This document shows, in pieces, positions 14,766-22,988 of a stretch of 24,000 nucleotides of DNA. This DNA comes from Sporomusa ovata DSM 2662. GTDB taxonomy: Bacteria > Bacillota > Negativicutes > Sporomusales > Sporomusaceae. The notes under the pieces are model-generated. The model saw nothing but the letters and a program-made list of their open reading frames with translations, had not been told where the DNA came from and searched no databases. Where the stretch lies: positions 3,572,404 through 3,596,403 of the forward strand of contig NZ_CP146301.1 in NCBI RefSeq assembly GCF_000445445.2, in the 5' to 3' direction. Positions within the stretch are counted from its first letter, which is position 1. Each line of letters begins with the position of its first letter. Made by a program: the position numbers and the translations under genes.

Positions 14766-15013
14766 TTATATTATACGACGGATGTTATGTGCAAAACTAT
14801 GCAAAGATATATTGAGGTTAATTGCTTTTAAAGCTTTGGCGTGAAGATAATGAATGTTACGCCAGCTATAATTCATCTTTTCCGCAATATCTTCCCAACT
14901 TTCGTATCTAAGATATCGTAGTTCTAACAGCAATTGATATTCCGGCTCTTTCACAGATTGTATTACAGTAATAATTTCTCGCTTCAAATCCACTAACTTA
15001 TCGATATCATCAT
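14766..15013 (-). pseudogene. DUF1492/RinA-like sigma-region-4-type late regulator, 3' part (left of the IS3 insertion)
   Basis: The native sequence resumes at NDDIDKLVDLKREIITVIQSVKEPEYQLLLELRYLRYESWEDIAEKMNYSWRNIHYLHAKALKAI (an HTH). The first 31 aa of the ORF-track ORF 14766..15107 are read-through of the IS3 left end. Confidence 0.7.
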
Positions 15014-15084
15014 TGGTGCTAGAATAAAAATAGTGCAAATTAAATATGGAAAGTTCCCAATAAATTGTTACAATAACTAACAAG

Positions 15085-15387
15085 ATGGGGGGACTTAACA
15101 TGGCCATACACTATACTCAGAAATTTAAAGAAGATGCAGTGGTTTATTACAATGACCATAAGGATTTAGGTGTGAATGGATGTGCTAAAAATCTAGGCAT
15201 CAGTAAATCAGCATTAAGCAAATGGGCAAATGCTGCAAAAGAACAAGGTGGAAAAGTACCAACCAGGGGAGCGGGTAATTATTCAAGTGATGAAGCTAAA
15301 GAAATCGCGCGCTTAAAGAAGGAGTTACGTGATGCGCAGGATGCACTTGATGTATTAAAAAAAGCAATCAACATTCTGGGAAAATGA
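15085..15387 (+). CDS. IS3-family transposase OrfA (HTH)
   Basis: MAIHYTQKFKEDAVVYYNDH...LGISKSALSKWANA...ARLKKELRDAQDALDVLKKA shows the typical IS3 OrfA HTH plus leucine zipper. The start could be ATG-15085 or ATG-15100. Confidence 0.85.
   Translation: MGGLNMAIHYTQKFKEDAVVYYNDHKDLGVNGCAKNLGISKSALSKWANAAKEQGGKVPTRGAGNYSSDEAKEIARLKKELRDAQDALDVLKKAINILGK
15357..15363 (+). promoter_or_regulatory. IS3 programmed -1 frameshift site A AAA AAA (OrfA to OrfAB)
   Basis: The A7 run is in the orfA frame as TTA AAA AAA G. The orfB frame is the -1 frame and is open from 15351. Confidence 0.7.
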
Positions 15388-16280
15388 CAGAAGCCATATA
15401 CATTGAAGTTACCGCTAAAAAAGAAGAACTCGATAAAAAACGCCGGGTTTCTATCAGCGGAATGTTGAAGCATTTAGGCGTTTCAAGATCAGGCTATACT
15501 GCCTGGCTCAAGAGATCTCCCTCTGAGCAATCAAAAAGGAAAGCGAGAATTAAGCAAAAGATACAGGAAATATATGACGAATCTCATCAGAATTATGGGG
15601 CTCCTAAAATAAAGGAGAAACTTCTTACTCAGGGTGAAGTCATTGCTGAAAAAACGGTTGGGAACTATATGAGAGAAATGGGAATTAAGGCTCAGTATAT
15701 TAAACCTTATACCGTAACCACCATCAATTCGGATTTTGACAGCAAATTAATAAATGTATTAAATGAGCAGTTCAATCCAAAGGAACCAAATGCTGTATGG
15801 TGCTCAGATATTACTTATATCTGGACATTGGATGGCTTTGTATACCTTACAAGTATAATGGATTTATTTTCACGAAAGATTATTGCATGGACATTGAGTC
15901 ATACGCTGGAAACAGAACATGTTATAGCGACAATAAATAAAGCCAAAGAAAAACGCAAAATTGACAGACCCCTGGTAATGCATAGTGACAGGGGATGTCA
16001 GTACGTATCAAAGGATTACCGAAATGCGACGGAAGGAATGATACTGAGCTATTCAAAGAAAGCCTATCCTTGGGACAATGCATGTATTGAAGCATTTCAT
16101 GCTTTAATAAAGAGAGAATGGCTAAACAGATACAAGATCTTTGATTATAGGCATGCATATCGATTGATTTTTGAATATATCGAGACTTTTTATAATACAA
16201 GAAGAATCCATGGTCATTGTGGATATCTTTCACCAGATCAATATGAAAAAGTGCATAAGAAAGTACAGCTTGCAGGGTAA
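15384..16280 (+). CDS. IS3-family transposase OrfB (DDE/rve integrase core)
   Basis: WCSDITYI (D), HSDRGCQYVS (D), ACIEAFHALIKRE (E) and YNTRRIHGHCGYLSPDQYE are canonical IS3 OrfB motifs. Confidence 0.9.
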   Translation: MTEAIYIEVTAKKEELDKKRRVSISGMLKHLGVSRSGYTAWLKRSPSEQSKRKARIKQKIQEIYDESHQNYGAPKIKEKLLTQGEVIAEKTVGNYMREMGIKAQYIKPYTVTTINSDFDSKLINVLNEQFNPKEPNAVWCSDITYIWTLDGFVYLTSIMDLFSRKIIAWTLSHTLETEHVIATINKAKEKRKIDRPLVMHSDRGCQYVSKDYRNATEGMILSYSKKAYPWDNACIEAFHALIKREWLNRYKIFDYRHAYRLIFEYIETFYNTRRIHGHCGYLSPDQYEKVHKKVQLAG

Positions 16281-16332
16281 GAAAAATACATATATTTACA
16301 AAATGTTTGTTGGGCTAAATTCCACATTTAAG

Positions 16333-17835
16333 GAGGGCACAGAAAATTTTGTGTAAATAGGTTTGAAAAATCTTCCTTACTGGCAAGAATAGGAATGAAA
16401 CTATTTAAGTCAGAAAGGAAGATTTTTTATGGCAACAATACCAAAGGAAGCTATCAAAGAGTTAATTAAAGAGCAAAAATTCAACAATACCACGGAAGTC
16501 ATGAACGCGATAAAAGACATGTTCAGAGATGTACTCCAAGAAATAATGGAAGCAGAATTAGAAACTGAACTGGGTTACGTAAAACAGGAACGTCGGTCGG
16601 ATGATGTCGAATCAGGTGTGTCGAAAAATTATCGGAATGGTTATTCGAAAAAGAAAGTAAAAACGCAACTAGGTGAAGTAGAGATTACGATTCCCCGTGA
16701 TCGAAACGGTGAATATGAACCACAGATCATTGGTAAATACAGCCGGAATGTTGATGGTATGGAAGAAAAAATATTATCTCTATATGCCGCCGGACTAAGT
16801 ATTCGGGATATATCAGAACAGATAAAGAGCTTATATGATGTAGAAATCTCACCAGAACTGGTAAGTAAAATAAGCGAAAAAATCATGCCTCAAGTTACTG
16901 AATGGCAAAATCGACCACTAGAAGCAGTATATCCGTTCGTTTTTCTAGATGCCATACACTATAAAATCCGTGAAAATCACCAGATTATTACGAAAGCAGC
17001 CTATGTAGTATTGGGAATAAATCTAGAAGGCTATAAGGAAATATTGGGTATATGGATTGGAGAAAACGAAAGCAGCAAATTTTGGCTTAGTGTACTAAAC
17101 GAGCTGAAAAGCCGCGGCGTACAAGATGTTTACCTATTTTGTGTTGATGGGCTCAATGGTTTTCGAGAAGCAATCGGAGCCGCCTATCCCAAAGCTGGAA
17201 TACAACGCTGTATCATTCATCAAATCCGTGCAAGTATGCGGTATGTCAACTACAAACATGCAAAGGTATTTACCGCAGATTTGAAAGAAGTTTATACGGC
17301 AGTAACGGAAGAAGCAGCGTTAGAGAAACTACTAAGCTTTAAAGAGAAATGGGGTGATAAATATCCGGCTGCCATAAAAAGCTGGGAAGATAATTGGGAT
17401 ATTTTGTCTACCTTTTATGCATATCCTCCCAGTATTCGGAAAATAATATATACGACGAATATTATTGAAGGATTGCATAGGCAATTCCGAAAAGTAACTA
17501 AAACAAAAGCTGTTTTTCCTAACGATGATTCTCTGCGCAAAATGTTATATTTAGCGTCGAATAATATTGTCAAAAAATGGACTCAACGGTATCGCGATTG
17601 GGATATGGTTTTAAATCATTTAGCATTATTGTTTGAAGATCGGTATGCAGGCTGATTGCTCCAGTAAAATATGATTCCCCGGTGCGAGACGAAAGCATTC
17701 ACGCTATCGCGCGCATACTTCCATCTCGCCCAGGGAGAAGATTCATCAAGGTGCAATGAGTAACTTTGCTTTTGTAAAAAGCCACTATTTCTTGCTGTAA
17801 GGAATTTCTATTTACACAAAATTATCCGCAGACCC
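16333..17835 (+). mobile_element. IS256-family insertion sequence (1503 bp) inserted into the right inverted repeat of the IS3 element
   Basis: The terminal inverted repeats are GAGGGCACAGAAAATTTTGTGTAAATAG and the reverse complement GGGTCTGCGGATAATTTTGTGTAAATAG (16-nt perfect core). The perfect 8-bp target duplication CATTTAAG is at 16325-16332 and 17836-17843. Confidence 0.85.
16429..17655 (+). CDS. IS256/Mutator-family transposase
   Basis: 408 aa. ELETELGY...NGYSKK...IPRDRNGEYEPQI...VFLDAIHYKIRE...LFCVDGLNGF...IQRCIIHQIR... is the hallmark IS256 transposase pattern. RBS GAAAGGAAG. Confidence 0.9.
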   Translation: MATIPKEAIKELIKEQKFNNTTEVMNAIKDMFRDVLQEIMEAELETELGYVKQERRSDDVESGVSKNYRNGYSKKKVKTQLGEVEITIPRDRNGEYEPQIIGKYSRNVDGMEEKILSLYAAGLSIRDISEQIKSLYDVEISPELVSKISEKIMPQVTEWQNRPLEAVYPFVFLDAIHYKIRENHQIITKAAYVVLGINLEGYKEILGIWIGENESSKFWLSVLNELKSRGVQDVYLFCVDGLNGFREAIGAAYPKAGIQRCIIHQIRASMRYVNYKHAKVFTADLKEVYTAVTEEAALEKLLSFKEKWGDKYPAAIKSWEDNWDILSTFYAYPPSIRKIIYTTNIIEGLHRQFRKVTKTKAVFPNDDSLRKMLYLASNNIVKKWTQRYRDWDMVLNHLALLFEDRYAG

Positions 17836-17869
17836 CATTTAAGTTGTACTTTTTCTTGACATAGTACCA

Positions 17870-18070
17870 CATTAATCTCATGTTCCAAGTCTATAAGCTT
17901 AATAATGGCATTCTCCATTGGACTGTGCTGAGTTGTACCACTGACACGCTCTGCATGAATGCTGGCGTAGCTTTGGTAGCCATTTCCTTAAGTGAAACTA
18001 CCTGCTCCAACTTACTGTTGATTCTTTTGTCCAACCAGAAGGCCTGCGACAATTATTCCTTGGCATTCAT
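17870..18070 (-). pseudogene. DUF1492/RinA-like late regulator, 5' part (right of the IS3 insertion), with a TAA nonsense codon and a frameshift
   Basis: ATG-18070 gives MNAKE, then TAA (18055..18053) where homologues have Tyr, then LSQAFWLDKRINSKLEQVVSLKEMATKAT. The continuation ASIHAERVSGTTQHSPMENAIIKLIDLEHEIN is in the -1 frame, with the shift near 17961-17975. Confidence 0.65.
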
Positions 18071-18231
18071 TTTCTACCGCTCCCTGTATGAAATATTTCT
18101 GCTTCGCTATCCAAAGTTTGTTTCTTGTCCTTTTGCTTGTCCATTAATTTACCGGCTAATTGTTGTTTTTTCTGCTGCTCTGCCCATTTGATACGGCGTT
18201 TCCATTCGGCATTAATCGGTAGCATGTTCAT
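18067..18231 (-). CDS. Small basic hypothetical protein (54 aa)
   Basis: It is absent from the ORF track (below the size cutoff). ATG-18231 lies 1 nt after the SNF2 stop codon, and its stop overlaps the regulator start (ATGA). It encodes MNMLPINAEWKRRIKWAEQQKKQQLAGKLMDKQKDKKQTLDSEAEIFHTGSGRK. Confidence 0.4.
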   Translation of the reverse strand: MNMLPINAEWKRRIKWAEQQKKQQLAGKLMDKQKDKKQTLDSEAEIFHTGSGRK

Positions 18232-18232
18232 C

Positions 18233-19587
18233 TTATGCCACTGCTCCTATCCTTGCTTTGATTGCATTCATTAGTGCTGCTTGTCCAATTTCTTTTCTGC
18301 TCAGTGCCACCATCACTTGTTCATCAATGGTTCCGGTAACAACAATGTGATGTATAATAACTGTCTCTTTTTGTCCCTGCCGCCAGAGTCTTGCGTTGGC
18401 TTGCTGATATAACTCCAAACTCCAAGTCAACCCAAACCAAATCAAAGTGCTACCTCCGGCTTGAAGGTTGAGGCCATGACCTGCCGAAGCCGGATGAGCA
18501 ATAGCGATAGGAATCTTGCCTTCATTCCACCTTGAGATATCCTCAGACGTCTTCAGCTCGGTCACAGAACACCGCTCTGAAATCCTGTCTTTATCGTGCA
18601 GGAAGCTATAAAAGATCAACACTGGCTTACCATTAGCTGCTTCAATCAAATCCTCTAGCGCATCGAGCTTCTTGTTGTGAATGACCTTAACAGTTTTGTT
18701 TTCGTCATACACTGCACCGTTTGCCATCTGGAGAAGCTTATTACTCAGAGCTGCTGCATTAACGGCATCGATGTCACCACCTTCGAAAGGCAGCAGCATG
18801 TCTTTTTCCATCCGCTTGTACAGCGCCGCTTCCTTCTCCGGCAATTGTACTTCGACTACATTGTCTATGCGCTCCGGCATTATCAAATAGTCACGGGCTT
18901 TCATACTCATACAAATGTCGGAGATTTTTTCGTATATGGAATCCTCTGAACCTTTTTTTGTTTTGTAACTGAATACAACATTCTGGTTCCGTTTGTCTGG
19001 GACAAAATATTGCTCGCGGTAACCAGTTAATGTTTTACCCAACCGTTCGCCTCGGTCTAAAAGATATAGCTGCGGCCACAAGTCAAGAAGTCCATTCGGT
19101 GCTGGTGTACCAGTAAGCCCCACAATCCGTTTAATAAGTGGTCGTACTTTTTTCAGTGCCTTAAACCGTTTTGCACCTACCGACTTAAAGCTGGATAACT
19201 CGTCCAAAATGACCATATCGTAAGGCCAGTTTTTGCCGTGAAAGTAACAAGCCATTCGACGTTTTCCCGGTTGATGATATAAATATCAGCTGGCGTGTTT
19301 ACGGCTCTCTTCCTTTGCTGCTCACTACCGAGTACTTTGGATATCCTGAGGTGCTTAAGATGCTGCCACTTTTGGCATTCCTTACTCCAGGTATCCTCAG
19401 CTACTCGAAGTGGCGCAATCACAAGGACCCTTGTTACATCAAAACTGTCCTGCATCAGCTCAAGCACAGCTGTTAACGTTACAACTGTTTTCCCCATACC
19501 GCAGTCTAAAAAGAGTCCAAATGCTGTTTGCTCGATAATCTTACTTTCTGCATATAGCTGATAACTATGGGGATTGTATTTCATCAA
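18233..19587 (-). pseudogene. SNF2/DEAD-like helicase, frameshifted at ~19244-19251
   Basis: The N-terminal part has LDCGMGKT (motif I) and ends in ...IINRENVEWLV. The C-terminal part is in the -1 frame and reads YFHGKNWPYDMVILDELSSFK (motif II), ...LTGTP..., ...QANARLWRQGQ (motif VI). Restoring one T in CTTGTTAC would join them as EWLVYFHGKNW. Confidence 0.8.
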
Positions 19588-19846
19588 GCACCCTCCCGAT
19601 CATTTCTAACTGGTCAACGCAATAAACTTGAAATCCCAATGCAAAAAACTGTTTCGAACGTTTTTGCTGCAATGGCCTTAGCTTTTTCCCCAGTGCTTTT
19701 AACTCCACGAATGCCATTTTACTCTTGGGCAGGAGGACAATTCGGTCAGGAACACCTGCCATTCCTGGTGATATTAACTTCACCGCAAGCCCTCCACGCT
19801 TTTTTACCTCAGCAACCAATTTTTTCTCTATATCTCTTTCCATCAC
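19565..19846 (-). CDS. VRR-NUC domain nuclease
   Basis: 93 aa. E..L...V...GG...K......G.PD......K...FVELK is the PD-(D/E)xK VRR-NUC signature. It has 4-bp and 23-bp overlaps with its neighbours. Confidence 0.85.
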   Translation of the reverse strand: MMERDIEKKLVAEVKKRGGLAVKLISPGMAGVPDRIVLLPKSKMAFVELKALGKKLRPLQQKRSKQFFALGFQVYCVDQLEMIGRVLDEIQSP

Positions 19847-20415
19847 GAGCTTTCTCCAATTAGCGGATCAACTAGATCAAATGCAGCATAGACTGCAGTC
19901 AAAAAGTCACCTATGCTCTTGCCCTTATACCTCCACATGCCGTGCCCGTTCCATACCACGCCAAAACCTGCATTACCCCATTTACTTGGTACTATAGTCA
20001 GCCATTCGTTCTTATATTTCAGCACATAGTTGCCATTTTTCTTAACACGCCATTCTTTTTTGAGATAATTTTGCTTGCGCTTTGCCCGGTTTTTCATCTC
20101 ACGCTCACGGTCTTTTGCTGCAAGGATATCCCCATCCATGATACCGGCACAAATACAGCCAACGTGAACGTCCTCAAAATATTCCGCATGGCGCATCACA
20201 TGAACAAACCGAACACCAGGGCAGTCACACAGATCACAGGTACACAAAGCATTACTGGCTTCGGCAACGTCATACATATCCACACATTCCCAGTCGGAAA
20301 GCGGAGCCTTCCACTCTTGCAGTCGCTTTATACAACGCCTTTTATACATCTCACTGTAAATTTCCACTTTCCACGCCTCCATTTCATGACACTTTCCATA
20401 ATAATCCTTCCCCAT
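19843..20415 (-). CDS. Cys/His-rich hypothetical phage protein
   Basis: 190 aa with a CTCDLCDC...H...H...GCIC cluster. No family was recognised. It is the first gene after the 230-bp intergenic region. Confidence 0.6.
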   Translation of the reverse strand: MGKDYYGKCHEMEAWKVEIYSEMYKRRCIKRLQEWKAPLSDWECVDMYDVAEASNALCTCDLCDCPGVRFVHVMRHAEYFEDVHVGCICAGIMDGDILAAKDREREMKNRAKRKQNYLKKEWRVKKNGNYVLKYKNEWLTIVPSKWGNAGFGVVWNGHGMWRYKGKSIGDFLTAVYAAFDLVDPLIGESS

Positions 20416-20590
20416 CCATGTGTTCTTAGTATCAAAAAAACCCTATACGCGCGTATATACATATATAGACCTATACTATATATATATTTATATATTTTAA
20501 TTTAGATAATATAGTATAGAACAATAGAACAGAAACGCATTTCACGCCTTATAACGTTAAGACTTGTTGAGAAGTTCCCAAAGGGTTCTG

Positions 20591-20635
20591 CAACACTATG
20601 TTTGGCACACTGGAACTGTTCCAAACACAGTGTTG
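20591..20635. other. 45-nt near-perfect hairpin immediately after the primase gene
   Basis: CAACACTATGTTTGG...CCAAACACAGTGTTG is a 15-bp outer stem with 1 mismatch, plus further inner pairs. There is no U-tract on either strand. Confidence 0.6.
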
Positions 20636-20646
20636 TTCCCTATAAA

Positions 20647-22974
20647 CTACTTAGAAACTTCCTCTGGAGCATAAGTCAACTGCGGCCCATAGATAGGAAT
20701 GCGCTCTTTTTTCTCCTGCCTCACCCAACCGCCAATGCTGGTAAGAATAGTAGCAATTTCGTTTGTGTCCATCCGGCGTAAATTAGATCGCTCTTTGCCA
20801 AAACATTCACACCAAATTTCCATGTGTGATACTAACGTGCGGCGTATAACTCCCTCTTTTGATGGACTGCCAAAATCTGATCCATTCAAAAAATTTCTGC
20901 GCTCCAACAAATCCATCTGCGCCCAGTCAGTAGGCAATAACGTATCAAGGTACTCGCGCACCAAACCCTCACGATCATCATGTTCCATCGCCTCGCGCTG
21001 CTCTAATTTAGCAATTTTCTCCAGGTCAGCATCCAAGTAGAGTTTCTCGCCAGCCTTTACATACACCAGTGCTTCTGCCCAGATTTGCTTAACCTCTTCA
21101 TCGGTTAACTGCCAAGTCTTCCTTGAAGCACCACCCGGTGTTTTTACCGTCCAAAAGCGGCGATTGCCTGTACTATCACGAAGGTAACCTTTTTCAGAAT
21201 TGGTCGTCCCAAAGAATACACACTGTCTCGGATGAGGAGTAACACGCCTTCCGAAACTGGCACGATATTTATCGTCCTGACGTGAGATAAACGCTTTAAC
21301 CTTGTCAATTTCGGCTTTTTTCATTCCGGCCAGTTCGCCAATTTCCATGATCCAATATCCTTGCAGTTTTTCGGCAGCTGTTTTATCGTTCATATCGGTA
21401 AGCGCCAAACTATCTGAATACCATTCACCACCCAGTCTGCCGATAAATGTGGATTTTCCTACACCTTGCGGTCCATTTAACACCAGCATGCTGTCAAATT
21501 TTACGCCAGGATCGAGCACCCTAACAATAGCGGCGCAGAGCGTCTTTCGCATTACAGCACGGGCATAACGGTTATCCTCCGCGCCTAGGTATAGGGTAAG
21601 AAGCGTTTCTACCCTCTGCACACCATCCCAAGGCGGCAAATTGTTCAAATACTCGCGGATTGGGTGATAGGAACGGTCATCGGCTACTTTAGTGATTGCA
21701 ATCTCATAATTTCGCGCTGAAAACGTACCATAATGCGAATCAACGTAGCTAATAAGCTGGGCATCATCGGCATCGCGCCAAAAGCGCGCCGGGTGCTTCC
21801 ACGGCACTTCTCCCTTTATCTCTAATCCATCGGCCAGTTGATTGAACACTACCGCCTTCAGTGCCGGGTCGTTACTGAGGATGAGCGTGATATTTTGGAG
21901 ATTGTTCATCAAATTTCCTCCCCTATCGCGCTGCAAGACCTTTGTCCAGTCTGAGGAAAAATCCTGACTCGCGCGTTCCCGCCTTTCTTCGAGCAGAAGG
22001 TCATTTACCAGTTCCTGCTTAACCGCAAACTCGCACATGGCATTGAACGACCCCTTCTCATCAAGATCGCCAAACTTATGGATTCTTACCATGTCAAACG
22101 CATTTAGAAGCTTACTGCATGCCGGATCGGTGGCATGGTGACTGTAAGCATACTTATCGTCATATATAACAACACCTGCCTGGCTGTCCGCCGAGATATA
22201 ATCATAGCGACCAGGCATAGCGCTTTGTCGGTACACATCAGCAAGAAATAAATCCATGGCATCTGGCATTGCATAGGCCCGGCAAAAAGCGCCCACCGTG
22301 CCGTGCTTTTCTAACGGGTCAGCCTGCGTTTTAACCTCGCGCCGCACCATGCTTTGCTGCCGTTTAGAAACAGGCCACTCTGCCAAATTACGCCAGTCTT
22401 TATATTTTGCAAGCACTTCATCCGGATTTAAACGTTCGCCCTCAACCTCATGAAACACAAATTCCCCGTCAGAAGAAGTGGATGGCCAGTACATCAGGCG
22501 GTTCGTATCGTATGTGGTATCATCAAAAAGCTCGATGCCGATTTCCTCTGCCACTTTTCTTGCCACCGCAGAGTATTCATCCGGCGACACCTCACGGGCA
22601 AGCGGGATAATGAGGCGAAGACGAGGTTTTTCTGGCATATGCTTATGGGTGGAGTAGAAATAACACTGGAAGGAAAAAAGCAACTCTATCTGGTCGATAA
22701 TACCCGGCACGGCATAGTCCATATCAAGAGACAGAGCAGATCGTGTCAGGACACAATCCTTTTTCCGGCTGCCGCCTTTTAGCGTTCCCAGCACAAAACC
22801 GCCGACATCCTTGATATCATCTTGCTTTGCTTTACTAAATGTTTTATACTGCTCTACCGTCTCGGCAGTTCGGATGGTGTTCCTAACCCGTTCGATAAAT
22901 TCCGGCCAGGTCCACTCTATGTTTTTCCATATTTTATCTCTACGGCTATTGGCTATTGCGATTGTTAGTTTCAA
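20647..22974 (-). CDS. Primase/helicase: N-terminal primase-polymerase-like region plus VirE-type (virulence-associated protein E) P-loop NTPase
   Basis: The ORF-track ORF is 20647..23013. The likely start is TTG-22974, 9 nt after GGAGG. It has Walker A (LNGPQGVGKST) and Walker B-like (YWIMEIGEL), and the overall layout is typical of phage VirE/primase proteins. Confidence 0.85.
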   Translation of the reverse strand: MKLTIAIANSRRDKIWKNIEWTWPEFIERVRNTIRTAETVEQYKTFSKAKQDDIKDVGGFVLGTLKGGSRKKDCVLTRSALSLDMDYAVPGIIDQIELLFSFQCYFYSTHKHMPEKPRLRLIIPLAREVSPDEYSAVARKVAEEIGIELFDDTTYDTNRLMYWPSTSSDGEFVFHEVEGERLNPDEVLAKYKDWRNLAEWPVSKRQQSMVRREVKTQADPLEKHGTVGAFCRAYAMPDAMDLFLADVYRQSAMPGRYDYISADSQAGVVIYDDKYAYSHHATDPACSKLLNAFDMVRIHKFGDLDEKGSFNAMCEFAVKQELVNDLLLEERRERASQDFSSDWTKVLQRDRGGNLMNNLQNITLILSNDPALKAVVFNQLADGLEIKGEVPWKHPARFWRDADDAQLISYVDSHYGTFSARNYEIAITKVADDRSYHPIREYLNNLPPWDGVQRVETLLTLYLGAEDNRYARAVMRKTLCAAIVRVLDPGVKFDSMLVLNGPQGVGKSTFIGRLGGEWYSDSLALTDMNDKTAAEKLQGYWIMEIGELAGMKKAEIDKVKAFISRQDDKYRASFGRRVTPHPRQCVFFGTTNSEKGYLRDSTGNRRFWTVKTPGGASRKTWQLTDEEVKQIWAEALVYVKAGEKLYLDADLEKIAKLEQREAMEHDDREGLVREYLDTLLPTDWAQMDLLERRNFLNGSDFGSPSKEGVIRRTLVSHMEIWCECFGKERSNLRRMDTNEIATILTSIGGWVRQEKKERIPIYGPQLTYAPEEVSK

Positions 22975-22988
22975 TGACCTGCTACCTC

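Larger units (their letters stand above)
15014..17869 (+). mobile_element. IS3-family insertion sequence (about 1345 bp of its own sequence) carrying a nested IS256-family element
   Basis: The termini are TGGTGCTA...TAGTACCA (TG...CA). Imperfect inverted repeats of ~45 bp are visible once the nested element is removed: TGGTGCTAGAATAAAAATAGTGCAAATTAAATATGGAAAGTTCCC versus the reverse complement TGGTACTATGTCAAGAAAAAGTACAACTTAAATGTGGAATTTAGCCC. The 3-bp target duplication CAT is at 15011-15013 and 17870-17872. Removing the IS plus one duplication restores the regulator reading frame (..LEHEINDDIDKL..). Confidence 0.85.

Noticed and set aside
14766-15107. ORF-track N-terminal extensions taken at face value: 14766..15107, 10805..11797, 8421..8963, 9203..9694, 13411..14157, 543..1352, 20647..23013.
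   Set aside because: In each case an internal start with a proper SD fits the conserved N-terminus. The upstream extension overlaps the previous gene or, for 14766..15107, reads into the IS3 inverted repeat.
17656-17835. 180-bp non-coding tail of the IS256 element with a GCGAGA...TCTCGC hairpin, as an independent ncRNA.
   Set aside because: It lies inside the IS between the transposase stop and the right inverted repeat. That is the normal location for IS-internal structure, and nothing suggests a separate function.
14504-18055. Possibility that the in-frame TAG (HNH) and TAA (regulator) reflect stop-codon reassignment in the phage.
   Set aside because: The two stops replace different residues (Trp and Tyr). 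All other genes end normally on TAA, TAG or TGA with tight coupling to the next gene. Frameshifts and IS insertions occur alongside them. Decay is the simpler explanation.
17880-18191. 103-aa plus-strand ORF right of the IS elements.
   Set aside because: It is antisense to the reconstructable 5' part of the late-regulator pseudogene and to the 54-aa minus-strand ORF. It has no RBS and an implausible sequence.
20460-20535. Repetitive TATA/ATAGAAC-rich stretch as a CRISPR array or minisatellite.
   Set aside because: The repeats are 6-8 bp, irregular and AT-only, with no spacer-repeat periodicity. I treat it as part of a regulatory or ori-like region instead.
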